Shown in pieces: positions 50,194-58,983 of a stretch of DNA of 64,000 nt. The DNA is from Microgenomates group bacterium (GTDB lineage: Bacteria > Patescibacteriota > Microgenomatia > PFEM01 > JBNASD01). The notes under the pieces were generated by a model. It was given only the letters and a program-made list of their open reading frames with translations. It did no database searches and had not been told where the DNA came from. The stretch's first letter is position 1, and every line of letters starts with the position of its first letter. Location of the stretch: the NCBI GenBank assembly GCA_049720225.1, contig JBNASD010000001.1, forward strand, positions 15,162 through 79,161. The letters run 5' to 3'. A program made the translations under genes and the position numbers.

Positions 50194-50606
50194 AAAAAAA
50201 AGGTTTTACTTTAATTGAACTTTTAGTTTCGCTATCGATTATTGCTATTTTAATAGGGTTAGCATTGGTTTCTTATCAAGGTGCTCAAAGATCTTCTCGG
50301 GATGGGAGAAGAAAAGCAGATTTAGAGCAAATTCGTAGCGCTTTGGAAATGTGTCGAACTGATACCGGAAGTTATCCTTCGGGAACCTTAGTTTCCGGTA
50401 ATAATATAACTTGCGGATCGGTGACTTATCTTACTATTCCTTCTGACCCTCTTTCTGACCGTCAATATGTCTATACTAATATAGATAGAACTTCCTATAC
50501 CCTCTGTGCTGCTTTAGAAAATGGAGCAGGAACAGTTACTGGATGTGGTTCGTGTGCTAAACCCAATAGTTCTGTTGTTTGTAATTATAAAGTGACTAAT
50601 CCTTAA
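50190..50606 (+). CDS. prepilin-type pilin paralog D
   Basis: [21 protein letters not shown]. The ATG overlaps the upstream TGA (ATGA). Core RDGRRKADLEQIRSALEM. I place the start at this ATG; the listed ORF begins at 50184 with a TTG. Confidence 0.8.
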   Translation: MKKKGFTLIELLVSLSIIAILIGLALVSYQGAQRSSRDGRRKADLEQIRSALEMCRTDTGSYPSGTLVSGNNITCGSVTYLTIPSDPLSDRQYVYTNIDRTSYTLCAALENGAGTVTGCGSCAKPNSSVVCNYKVTNP

Positions 50607-50610
50607 ATGA

Positions 50611-51111
50611 ATGAAAAAAAATCTTTTTTTAAATTTTGGGTTTACTTTAATTGAACTTCTTGTTGTTATTTCTCTTATCGGAATTCTTTTTGGGTTTGGA
50701 GTGGCTCAGTATGTTCAATTTAATCGTCGCCAGGTAGTTGAACAAACCGCTTTAGATTTAAAAAATAATCTTCGTTTAGCGCAAACCCAAGCTTTAGGAG
50801 GAAATAAACCAGTAGGTTGTTCTTTTTTACTTGGATATAAAGTAGTTTTTTTTCAAGGAAGCGTTGAAAATAATACTCCCGATGGTTATCTTATTAAAGC
50901 AATTTGTTCAGAAGGAGAAATAGGAGAAAAAAGATTTACTTTTCCTTTGGTGGTAAGATTTTCTCCCCTCCCCTCCCCTCCTTCGGTAGTTTTTAAAGTT
51001 TTGGGACATGGAACCGATTTAGAAAATGAATTGGAAATTAAATTAAAAGGGTTTAATAACGATTCTTATATTAAAACGGTTATTATTACTTCATCAGGAG
51101 AAATTAGATAA
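50611..51111 (+). CDS. minor pilin (GspH/FimT-like pseudopilin)
   Basis: [18 protein letters not shown]; 166 aa. Confidence 0.65.
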   Translation: MKKNLFLNFGFTLIELLVVISLIGILFGFGVAQYVQFNRRQVVEQTALDLKNNLRLAQTQALGGNKPVGCSFLLGYKVVFFQGSVENNTPDGYLIKAICSEGEIGEKRFTFPLVVRFSPLPSPPSVVFKVLGHGTDLENELEIKLKGFNNDSYIKTVIITSSGEIR

Positions 51112-51489
51112 ATGAAGGATAAAAAGGGACAAGCATTGTTTGAAGTAGTAATTGCTATTGGGGTAATTTTGATTTTGGTGGTTGCTTTAATTATTACTGC
51201 TACTTATTCTTTAAGGAATGCGGAATTCTCTCGAAGTCAAATGCTAGCAACGAAATATGCGCAGGAAGCAATAGAAAAGATTCGTTTGTTTAGAGATAAT
51301 AATCCTTGGAATACATTTATTCTTCAGTGTAACTCTTTTGACTTAGGAATGAATTTACCTTCAAATTTTTCTTTAACAAGGCAATGTTTTTGTCTTTCTG
51401 ATATTTGTGAGGTTAAGATTGTTATTAATTGGCAAGACAGTAAAGGAAATCATAAATCAGAATTAACCACTAAAATTACGAAAAAATGA
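51112..51489 (+). CDS. minor pseudopilin (GspI/PilV-like)
   Basis: KGQALFEVVIAIGV, i.e. G/Q with Glu+5. 125 aa. Confidence 0.55.
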   Translation: MKDKKGQALFEVVIAIGVILILVVALIITATYSLRNAEFSRSQMLATKYAQEAIEKIRLFRDNNPWNTFILQCNSFDLGMNLPSNFSLTRQCFCLSDICEVKIVINWQDSKGNHKSELTTKITKK

Positions 51490-51995
51490 AAAAAAACGGC
51501 TTTACTTTATTAGAAATGATGATTGTGATTACTATTTTAGCCTTAATTGCGGTTGTGGGAAGTGGTTCTTTTTTCTCTATTTTACGAGGATCAACTAAGA
51601 CTAAAAATCTTTCTTTAGTAAAACAAAATGGTGATTACGCCTTATCAGTAATGGAAAGAATGATTAGAAATGCTCGGAGTTTAAAAGCTCCAACAACTAG
51701 CGGGCCGACCGATTCAATTTTAATTGTTAATCCCGACGGTGGGGAAACTCTTTTTAAATGTGATTCAACTACTGATCCACCAACTATCTCTTCAGGAAGT
51801 GCTTCTTTAATTAGCAATGAAGTAAAAGTCAGTTCTGATTGTAATACCTTTTTTAATGTGGTATTGGGAAGAAAAGAATTAGAATCAACCCGAATAGATA
51901 TTTCTTTTACTTTAGTCCCCAATAAAGAAATAGAGCGGCCTGAAGAAAAAGCAGAAATTAACTTTAAAACTTCAGTGACAATGAGAAATTATTGA
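51486..51995 (+). CDS. minor pilin
   Basis: KNGFTLLEMMIVITILALIA; 169 aa. Confidence 0.7.
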   Translation: MKKNGFTLLEMMIVITILALIAVVGSGSFFSILRGSTKTKNLSLVKQNGDYALSVMERMIRNARSLKAPTTSGPTDSILIVNPDGGETLFKCDSTTDPPTISSGSASLISNEVKVSSDCNTFFNVVLGRKELESTRIDISFTLVPNKEIERPEEKAEINFKTSVTMRNY

Positions 51996-52033
51996 CAAGG
52001 TTATTTAATGATTGTTATGATTAAGATAATTGA

Positions 52034-52861
52034 ATGAAAAATAGAGGGCAAAGTTTAATAATTATCCTTTTAATTGCCGCCGTTGGTTTAACGATTGGTT
52101 TAGCGGTAATTTCTCGTTCTGTAACCGATATAAATATTTCCCAACAAGAGGAGGAGTCAGCTCGTGTTTTCTCCGTTGCTGAGGCAGGAATAGAGGAAGC
52201 GATTAGAGCTGGCGATGTTCCTTCTGGAGGGATTACTATCGGAGAGATAACAGCGACAGTAGAGAAACAATCATTAGGAGGAGGTCAAGAATTTGTTTTT
52301 CCTGGTGAATATGAAGCGGGTGATATTCAAACTCTTTGGTTAATTGGCCATGATGAACAAGAGAATTTAAACGAAAATATAAGGTATAATGGTTCTAGTC
52401 TTATTTTTTATTGGGGTAAAGAAGGACAAAGTGCCGACCAAAATACCACCCCTGCTTTAGAAGTGACTTTAATTTATAAAGATGGAAATACCTTCAAAAT
52501 TAAAAGAGGGGTTTATGATCCTAATTCTTCGCGAAGAGCAAGCAATCATTTTGATGCGCCCGATACTGGTACACCTCCTTATGTGGTTGATGGAAAAAAA
52601 TTTCAATTTAAAAAGGAAAACTTTGGACTGGTAACAGGAACTATTCCTTATTTAGTAAGGTTTCGTTTGATTTATAATAATGAACCACAAATAATAGGTG
52701 TTAAGGGAACCACCAATCTTCCTCAACAAGGAATTTGTTTTATTTCTACCGCTACCTCTCCCAATGGAATTACTCGTCGAGTAAAGCAATGTAATCTTTA
52801 TAAGTCACCTCCAGGAATTTTTGATTATGTTTTATATTCTGAAGAAAATTTAGCAAAATAA
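52034..52861 (+). CDS. large minor pilin lacking Glu+5 (PilX/GspK-like)
   Basis: NRGQSLIIILLIAAVGLTIGLAV signal-like N-terminus with no Glu at +5. 275 aa. Confidence 0.5.
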   Translation: MKNRGQSLIIILLIAAVGLTIGLAVISRSVTDINISQQEEESARVFSVAEAGIEEAIRAGDVPSGGITIGEITATVEKQSLGGGQEFVFPGEYEAGDIQTLWLIGHDEQENLNENIRYNGSSLIFYWGKEGQSADQNTTPALEVTLIYKDGNTFKIKRGVYDPNSSRRASNHFDAPDTGTPPYVVDGKKFQFKKENFGLVTGTIPYLVRFRLIYNNEPQIIGVKGTTNLPQQGICFISTATSPNGITRRVKQCNLYKSPPGIFDYVLYSEENLAK

Positions 52862-52870
52862 CCTGCCCAT

Positions 52871-53884
52871 ATGGAAATTTTTGGTTTAGATATTGGTTCC
52901 CATACCATTAAACTTGTCCAACTAACTAAAAAACAAGATAAATATGAGCTTATTGCTTTTCATTCTGCTGAAACTCCTCCTCGGGGATTAAATTCTGATG
53001 CAGAAAGTGATTTAAATAATTTAGCAGAAATCATTAAAAAAATTCATCAAGAAGCAAAAGTAAAAACCAAAAATGTAGTTAGCGCTCTTTCCCAAGATCA
53101 GGTTTATACTCGATTGATTAATCTTCCTCCTCTTTCGGAAAGCGAATTAGAATCTGCCTTAAAATGGGAGGCAGAACAGTATGTCCCCCTTCCATTAGAA
53201 GAAGTAATTTTGTCTCATCAGGTAGTAGGAAAGAAGATTGAAGAAGGAAAGGAAAAAATTGAAGTAATTCTTGCGGCTGCTCCCACTAGATTGGTAGAAA
53301 AATTGATTAAAGTTCTCAAAACCGCCGGATTAACTCCTGTAAGTTTAGAAATGGAGATTGCTGCTGCCGCTCGAAGTGTTGTTTATCCTGAAATTAAAAG
53401 AGCAATGTTGATTGATCTAGGAGCAAAAGCTACTGATTTAGCAATTATTGAAGAAGGAAAAATTGCCTTAGTTCATTCTTTACCTACCGGCGGAGAAGCT
53501 TTAACGAGAGCCTTAGAATTTGAATTAGGATTAGAAACTATACAAGCAGAAGCTTACAAAAAGGCTTATGGGTTAGAAAAAGAAAAGCTAGAAGGAAAAA
53601 TTAGCGAAGCGATTACCCCGGTTTTAGAAAAAATTACTAATGAAATAGAAAAAACAATTAATTTTTATCAAAGTCAACAAAAAACAATTGATCAAATTAT
53701 TTTAATAGGAGGAACCGCTAATTTGCCAGAAATAAGTAGTTTTATGGCTAAAAAAATTGGTTTAGAAGTTCAAGTAGGTAATCCTTTTGCCCGAATAATT
53801 AATAGTAATCTAGCCGCTAAAATTTCCTCTGAAATGTTTCCCTTATATGCAGTGGCGATTGGTTTAGCAATGAAAGAAATTTAA
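52871..53884 (+). CDS. pilM: type IV pilus assembly protein PilM (actin-like ATPase fold)
   Basis: MEIFGLDIGSHTIKLVQL; 337 aa. Confidence 0.85.
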   Translation: MEIFGLDIGSHTIKLVQLTKKQDKYELIAFHSAETPPRGLNSDAESDLNNLAEIIKKIHQEAKVKTKNVVSALSQDQVYTRLINLPPLSESELESALKWEAEQYVPLPLEEVILSHQVVGKKIEEGKEKIEVILAAAPTRLVEKLIKVLKTAGLTPVSLEMEIAAAARSVVYPEIKRAMLIDLGAKATDLAIIEEGKIALVHSLPTGGEALTRALEFELGLETIQAEAYKKAYGLEKEKLEGKISEAITPVLEKITNEIEKTINFYQSQQKTIDQIILIGGTANLPEISSFMAKKIGLEVQVGNPFARIINSNLAAKISSEMFPLYAVAIGLAMKEI

Positions 53885-53894
53885 CTTTAAAAAG

Positions 53895-54440
53895 ATGGAA
53901 AACATTGATTTTCTTCAGGAATTTAAAAAAAAAGAAAAAATAAAGGAAAAATACTCTCCCTTTATTAAAAAAGGATTTTTGTTTTTTGCTTTTCTTTATT
54001 TATTAACTGTTTTTACAGTTTTCTTTTTCTTTCTTTATTATAACCAAGAAAGCAAAAAAGTTTCTTTCTTAATAGAAGAGAAAAAGAATAGAATTAAACA
54101 ATTAGAAAAAAGGGAATCACTTCAAGTTTTAATTAAACAAAGAATCTCTTTTTTGAGCAAAATAATTAATTCCCGGAAAATAGATTTTGTAAATAAAGTT
54201 GCCTATTTAGCTTCTTTAGAAGAAAAAAATAATATTATTTTTAAAAAAATAGAATTTAAAGAGAATGGAGTGGTTTTAGTAAGTGGTACTACGTCGGACG
54301 TAAAAATTTTTAGAAATTTTTTAAAAAATTTAGAAAATGACTCCTATTTTGATCAAATTGATGTTGACTCTATAAAACGCGGAAAAGATGGAAGTTATGA
54401 CTTTAGTCTTTCGCTTGGAAAAAATGAAGAAAAAAAATAG
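53895..54440 (+). CDS. PilN-like bitopic membrane protein
   Basis: Short cytoplasmic N-terminus, one TM, a coiled-coil periplasmic part. Placed after pilM. Confidence 0.55.
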   Translation: MENIDFLQEFKKKEKIKEKYSPFIKKGFLFFAFLYLLTVFTVFFFFLYYNQESKKVSFLIEEKKNRIKQLEKRESLQVLIKQRISFLSKIINSRKIDFVNKVAYLASLEEKNNIIFKKIEFKENGVVLVSGTTSDVKIFRNFLKNLENDSYFDQIDVDSIKRGKDGSYDFSLSLGKNEEKK

Positions 54441-55128
54441 TCCTAACAATATTCAAGAAATAATTAAAAAATACAGCTTTCTTTTAATCGTCTTTTTGAT
54501 GGTTTTTTCTTTTTTATTTCTAATAAAACCTAAAATAACTCAAATATTAGAAATCAGGAAAAAAATAGAAAATGATAAAAAAACTTTGAAATTTTTGACA
54601 GAAAAAACTTTTCTTTTAGAAAGCTTAAATGAGGCGGATTTAATAAGTAGGTCAGAAAAGATTTTAAAGGTTTTACCAGAAGAAATTAATTTACCTTTAG
54701 TTTTAGGTAATATAAGAGCGATTGCTAATAATGAAGGAGTTAATATTAGCAGAATTAATGTTAATTTAACTTCCGATAAAAAAGAGGAATTAAAGGTAAT
54801 AGGTTTTGATTTAACCATTCAAGGAAATAAAGAAGGAATAAAGAACTTTTTGAAAGAAATAGAAGAAAGCGCCCCCTTAATGGATATTAAATCGTTGAGA
54901 ATAGAAGTAGTTGATAAAAACGAGGAGGTAAATTTAAAATTAGACACTTATTATTTAACACTCCCTAAAACGTTAGGAAAAATTGATGCGCCGGTGGTTC
55001 TTTTAACAGAACAGGAAGAAAAACTTTATCAAGATCTTTCTCGTTTTAGCCAAAAATTCTTTATGGGGGAAGGAGGTTTTGAAATTACCTCCGACCAAAT
55101 AGGAAAAGAAAATCCCTTTTCTTTTTAA
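54388..55128 (+). CDS. PilO-like bitopic membrane protein
   Basis: One TM, coiled coil, C-terminal ferredoxin-like region. Assigned mainly on position. Confidence 0.5.
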   Translation: MEVMTLVFRLEKMKKKNSPNNIQEIIKKYSFLLIVFLMVFSFLFLIKPKITQILEIRKKIENDKKTLKFLTEKTFLLESLNEADLISRSEKILKVLPEEINLPLVLGNIRAIANNEGVNISRINVNLTSDKKEELKVIGFDLTIQGNKEGIKNFLKEIEESAPLMDIKSLRIEVVDKNEEVNLKLDTYYLTLPKTLGKIDAPVVLLTEQEEKLYQDLSRFSQKFFMGEGGFEITSDQIGKENPFSF

Positions 55129-55349
55129 GAGCCTTCCTGAATTTTAATTTCTATTAATCTTTTTTTGTTTTTAATTTTTAATAGCTGTTGAAGCGCTTTG
55201 ATAGTTTTCCCTTTTTTCCCAATAATAGTGCCTATGTCTTTTTTGTTTGCCTTTACTAAAATTTGACCATTTTTTTCTTCTTCAATTTGAATATCTTGAG
55301 GATAATCTACAAATAAAGAAATTAATTTTTTAAGAGTATCTTTCATCAA
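55125..55349 (-). CDS. KH-domain RNA-binding protein (YlqC/UPF0109-like)
   Basis: GTIIGKKGKTIKALQQLL is the KH GxxG motif. It lies downstream of rpsP, as is common. Confidence 0.75.
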   Translation of the reverse strand: MMKDTLKKLISLFVDYPQDIQIEEEKNGQILVKANKKDIGTIIGKKGKTIKALQQLLKIKNKKRLIEIKIQEGS

Positions 55350-55566
55350 TAATTTTTTTAACCGCAGGGGTTAATTGAGCTCCTTGTTTAAGCCAGTAAT
55401 CTAATTTTTCTTTATCTAATTTAAATAAAGGAGGAGATACGGATTTATCATACCAACCAATAATATCTTTATAATTTCCATTTCTTTTACTTCGAGCTTC
55501 ATTAACGATAATGCGATATTTTCTGGCTCCTTTTTTTCCGGTTTGAGAAAATTTAATTTTTAGCAT
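55330..55566 (-). CDS. rpsP: 30S ribosomal protein S16
   Basis: MLKIKFSQTGKKGARKYRIIVNEARSKRNG is typical of S16. Confidence 0.9.
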   Translation of the reverse strand: MLKIKFSQTGKKGARKYRIIVNEARSKRNGNYKDIIGWYDKSVSPPLFKLDKEKLDYWLKQGAQLTPAVKKIIDERYS

Positions 55567-55575
55567 TGTTTAATT

Positions 55576-56310
55576 TTATATTTTTGAAGGCAATTTTTCA
55601 AGAGCCTCTTTAGCGGCATTTTCCTCTGCTTCTTGCTTGCTTTTTCCTTTCCCTGAGGCGATTTTTTTATTTTTAAGGAAAACCCCTACCGTAAAAGTTT
55701 TGTTATGATCAGGTCCACTGGTTGCTAACAATCGGTAAGAAGGAGTAATTTTAAATTTTGCTTGGCTGATTTCTTGAAAAATGCTTTTAGGATCCTTAAT
55801 CTCTCCATTTTTAAGAATTTCTTTTAAGATTGGGTGGAAATTTTTAATAATAAAACTTTCTGTAATTTTGATTCCTTGATCAAGAAATAAGGCGCCGATT
55901 AGCGCTTCAAAGCAATTTGCCAAAAGAGAGTTGTTTTCTCTTCCTCCCCCCTTCTCCTCTCCCCTACTTAAAATAAGATAATTTCCTAAATTAAACTTTT
56001 TAGCTATTTTGGCTAAAGCTTCTGTTTTGACGAGATTAGAACGAAGATCGGTTAGAAATCCTTCAGAAAATTGAGGTAATGTTTTAAATAGCCATTTAGA
56101 AATAATAAAAGACAAAACTGAATCACCAAGAAATTCTAATCTTTCATTAGAGGATAAAGAAAGATTTTTATTTTCGTTAAGATAAGAACGATGGGTAAAA
56201 GCCTCTTGATAGAGTTGGGGATTTTTTATTTTAATTTTTAAATTTTTTTCTAAAAGGTCAAGATTCATCTGTTTTTTTAATTCTTTTAAAAATTGTTCCC
56301 AAAACTCCAT
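55576..56310 (-). CDS. rnc: ribonuclease III
   Basis: ERLEFLGDSVL signature and a C-terminal dsRBD. Confidence 0.9.
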   Translation of the reverse strand: MEFWEQFLKELKKQMNLDLLEKNLKIKIKNPQLYQEAFTHRSYLNENKNLSLSSNERLEFLGDSVLSFIISKWLFKTLPQFSEGFLTDLRSNLVKTEALAKIAKKFNLGNYLILSRGEEKGGGRENNSLLANCFEALIGALFLDQGIKITESFIIKNFHPILKEILKNGEIKDPKSIFQEISQAKFKITPSYRLLATSGPDHNKTFTVGVFLKNKKIASGKGKSKQEAEENAAKEALEKLPSKI

Positions 56311-56635
56311 TTACAAACGCAAAGCTTCTTTCGCTTCCGTAAGTTTTTGCTAATTCTATTGCTTCGTCAATAATAACCTTAGGAGGTTCTTTGGGTTGGA
56401 TTACTAACTCAAAAACGGCTAAGCGAAGAATGGCCAAATCCACTTTGTTTATTTGATTAACTGGCCATTGAGGAGCAGCTTCGGCAATAATTTGATCAAT
56501 TTCTTTAATATTTTTTAAAATTTCTTCAACTAAGGGGTCTGAAGTTTTTTCAATTTGGTTCTGAAAACTCCAAGCAAACAAATCGCGAATAATTTTTTCT
56601 CTTCTTTTATGTCTAGGGTCTTGGGGAGTTTTCAT
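56258..56635 (-). CDS. nusB: transcription antitermination factor NusB (probable start MKTPQDPRHKRREK at 56635)
   Basis: RHKRREKIIRDLFAW...AILRLAVFEL resembles NusB. Confidence 0.7.
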   Translation of the reverse strand: MKTPQDPRHKRREKIIRDLFAWSFQNQIEKTSDPLVEEILKNIKEIDQIIAEAAPQWPVNQINKVDLAILRLAVFELVIQPKEPPKVIIDEAIELAKTYGSERSFAFVNGVLGTIFKRIKKTDES

Positions 56636-56792
56636 TTTTAGGATAAGTGCCGCAATTAGGACAAACAAAATGAGGTTTTTTTAATTGACCACATTCCGGA
56701 CAAGTTACTAAATTGGGAAGGGTTATTTTGTGAGTAGCCCTTCTTTTTCCTTGTCTTCGGCTGGAAATTTTTCTTTTAGGAAGTGGAGGCAT
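56613..56792 (-). CDS. rpmF: 50S ribosomal protein L32 (not in supplied ORF track)
   Basis: Manual translation: MPPLPKRKISSRRQGKRRATHKITLPNLVTCPECGQLKKPHFVCPNCGTYPKNENSPRP*. That is the L32 signature plus a CxxC...CxxC zinc ribbon. It overlaps the nusB start by 23 nt. Confidence 0.8.
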   Translation of the reverse strand: MPPLPKRKISSRRQGKRRATHKITLPNLVTCPECGQLKKPHFVCPNCGTYPKNENSPRP

Positions 56793-56803
56793 TTTAATTC
56801 ATT

Positions 56804-58897
56804 TTAATTAGGTTTAACGTCCTTGATTATATATTTTTTTAATTTTTCTTGCAAGAGGGGATAATTTTTTAAAAAAGGAAAAATTTCCTCGCTTGCTTTT
56901 TTAGTTAGTTCAATTAATCTTAGATCAGAAAAGTCAGCTACTTTTAAATCCCAAAATCCGTGCTGACGAGTGCCATAAATTTCTCCCGGACCTCTCATTT
57001 TTAAATCTATTTCTGCTAATTCCATACCGATATTAGTTTTTTCTAATGCTTTTAATCTTTTTAAACTTTGATTATTCCAATAATCGGTAAAAAGTAAGCA
57101 ATAAGAAGGTTTATCTCCTCTTCCTACCCTTCCCCTCAATTGATGAAGCTGAGCAAGGCCAAATCTTTCTGCCCCCTCTATCATCATAATGGTGGCGTTA
57201 GGAATATCAATCCCTACTTCTACTACCGGAGTGGCTACTAAAATATCTAATTGATGATTTTTAAATTTATTTAATACTTCCTCCTTTTCTTTGCTTTTCA
57301 TTTTTCCGTGAAGCAAACCTAATTTTAAATCTGGAAATACCTCCTTTTTTAATCTTTCATATTCGGTAGTCGCCGCCTTAACCGTTTGTAAAGTTTCTAC
57401 TTCTGACTCCTCTATTAATGGGCAAATAATAAATACCTGAGAAGCATTTTGTTTAATTTGTTGACTAATCCATCGGTAAGCGGATTCTCTTTTTTGCGGA
57501 GGAATTACCCATGTTTTAACTGGTTTTCTTCCAGGAGGCATTTCATCTAAAACCGAAAGATCTAAATCTCCATATAAAGTTAAAGCAACGGTTCTTGGAA
57601 TAGGAGTGGCGGTCATTGTTAAAACGTGGGGTGTTCCTCCCTTATTAATTAATTTGCTTCTTTGCTCTACTCCAAACCGATGTTGTTCATCAATAATAAC
57701 TAATCCTAAATTTTCAAAGTCTTTTTTTCTGTAAATTAGGGCGTGGGTACCGATAATTAAATCTGCTTCTTCTTCTGATTTACTTTCTTTAGTTAAAAGA
57801 GCGAGTTTTATTTTATAAGGAGAAAAAAGACTTTTTAAATTTTTGAAATGTTGATTGGCTAAAATTTCCGTTGGGGCCATGAGGACCGAGCGGTAACCAT
57901 TTAAAAAATTAGCAAAAATAGCCACGGCAGCGACTACCGTTTTTCCGCTACCAACATCTCCTTGAAGAAGACGGTTCATCGGTTTTTCTTTTTCCATATC
58001 GGTTAAAATTTCTTGAATTACTCTTTTTTGGGCATTCGTTAAAGAAAAAGGGAGATTGTTTATAAATTCATTAATTTTTTCTTGATCGATAGTGAGTTTT
58101 TTTGCTAATTTTTGCCTTTGCCATTCTTTTTTGCGATAACAAACAGAAAGTTGAAGAAGAAAAAGCTCTTCAAAAGCAAACCGGTATTTTGCTAATTGAG
58201 CCATTTTTTTGTCTTGGGGAAAATGGATTTGAAAAAGGGCATTTTTAAAGTCCATTAAATTATATTTTTTAATGATTAAAGGAGGTAAAAATTCTTGAAG
58301 TTGATGGTTGAGGTTTTTTAAAATAAAAGCAATTCTTGCTCTTAACCATTTTGAGGTAATTCCTGAGGTTTCATGGTAAACAGGAACCAACCGACCAGTG
58401 TGAATAGTTTCTGTTTTTTTTCTAATTTCGTATTCTGGAGAAATTAAAGCAATTTTTTTTCCCCAGTAATCAGCTTTTCCGGAAACACTTATTGGCGTTC
58501 CCGGCTTTAAAATTTTTATTAAGTAGGGTTGATTAAACCAAATTATTTGAATCTCCCCACTTCTATCTTTTAAAACTGCTTTTTGGATTTTTTTTCCGGT
58601 TGAGGTATATTCGTTTTTAATTTCTTTTATTATTCCCCCCACGGTAACAATTTCTCCTGGTTGAATTAAATTAATGGGAGAAACCAAGGAATAATCAATA
58701 TAGCGGAAGGGAAAATGGTACAAAAGATCTTCTACTGTGGAAATTTCTAGTTTTTTTAATCTTTTTCCATAAGTTTTTCCAATAAGGTAAATTTCTTCTA
58801 TGGGTGTGCTTAAGTTCATTTGATTAATATCCATAAAACAGGAATAAAAGAAGTTAAAATTAAAGCTAAGGAAGCAACCACCGTAATAATTAGCCAA
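56804..58897 (-). CDS. recG: ATP-dependent DNA helicase RecG
   Basis: Wedge/OB domain, then SF2 motifs (GDVGSGKT, DEQHRFG, TATPIPRT, a QLRGRVGRG-like motif). The true start is probably internal (MDINQMN...). Confidence 0.9.
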   Translation of the reverse strand: MANYYGGCFLSFNFNFFYSCFMDINQMNLSTPIEEIYLIGKTYGKRLKKLEISTVEDLLYHFPFRYIDYSLVSPINLIQPGEIVTVGGIIKEIKNEYTSTGKKIQKAVLKDRSGEIQIIWFNQPYLIKILKPGTPISVSGKADYWGKKIALISPEYEIRKKTETIHTGRLVPVYHETSGITSKWLRARIAFILKNLNHQLQEFLPPLIIKKYNLMDFKNALFQIHFPQDKKMAQLAKYRFAFEELFLLQLSVCYRKKEWQRQKLAKKLTIDQEKINEFINNLPFSLTNAQKRVIQEILTDMEKEKPMNRLLQGDVGSGKTVVAAVAIFANFLNGYRSVLMAPTEILANQHFKNLKSLFSPYKIKLALLTKESKSEEEADLIIGTHALIYRKKDFENLGLVIIDEQHRFGVEQRSKLINKGGTPHVLTMTATPIPRTVALTLYGDLDLSVLDEMPPGRKPVKTWVIPPQKRESAYRWISQQIKQNASQVFIICPLIEESEVETLQTVKAATTEYERLKKEVFPDLKLGLLHGKMKSKEKEEVLNKFKNHQLDILVATPVVEVGIDIPNATIMMIEGAERFGLAQLHQLRGRVGRGDKPSYCLLFTDYWNNQSLKRLKALEKTNIGMELAEIDLKMRGPGEIYGTRQHGFWDLKVADFSDLRLIELTKKASEEIFPFLKNYPLLQEKLKKYIIKDVKPN

Positions 58898-58983
58898 ACT
58901 TTTCTTTGTTTTTTGCTAATTTTCATTGATTTTATTTTAATCTTTCAATTTTCTTTTTTCAATTGATTTGTTAAAATTAAAAT

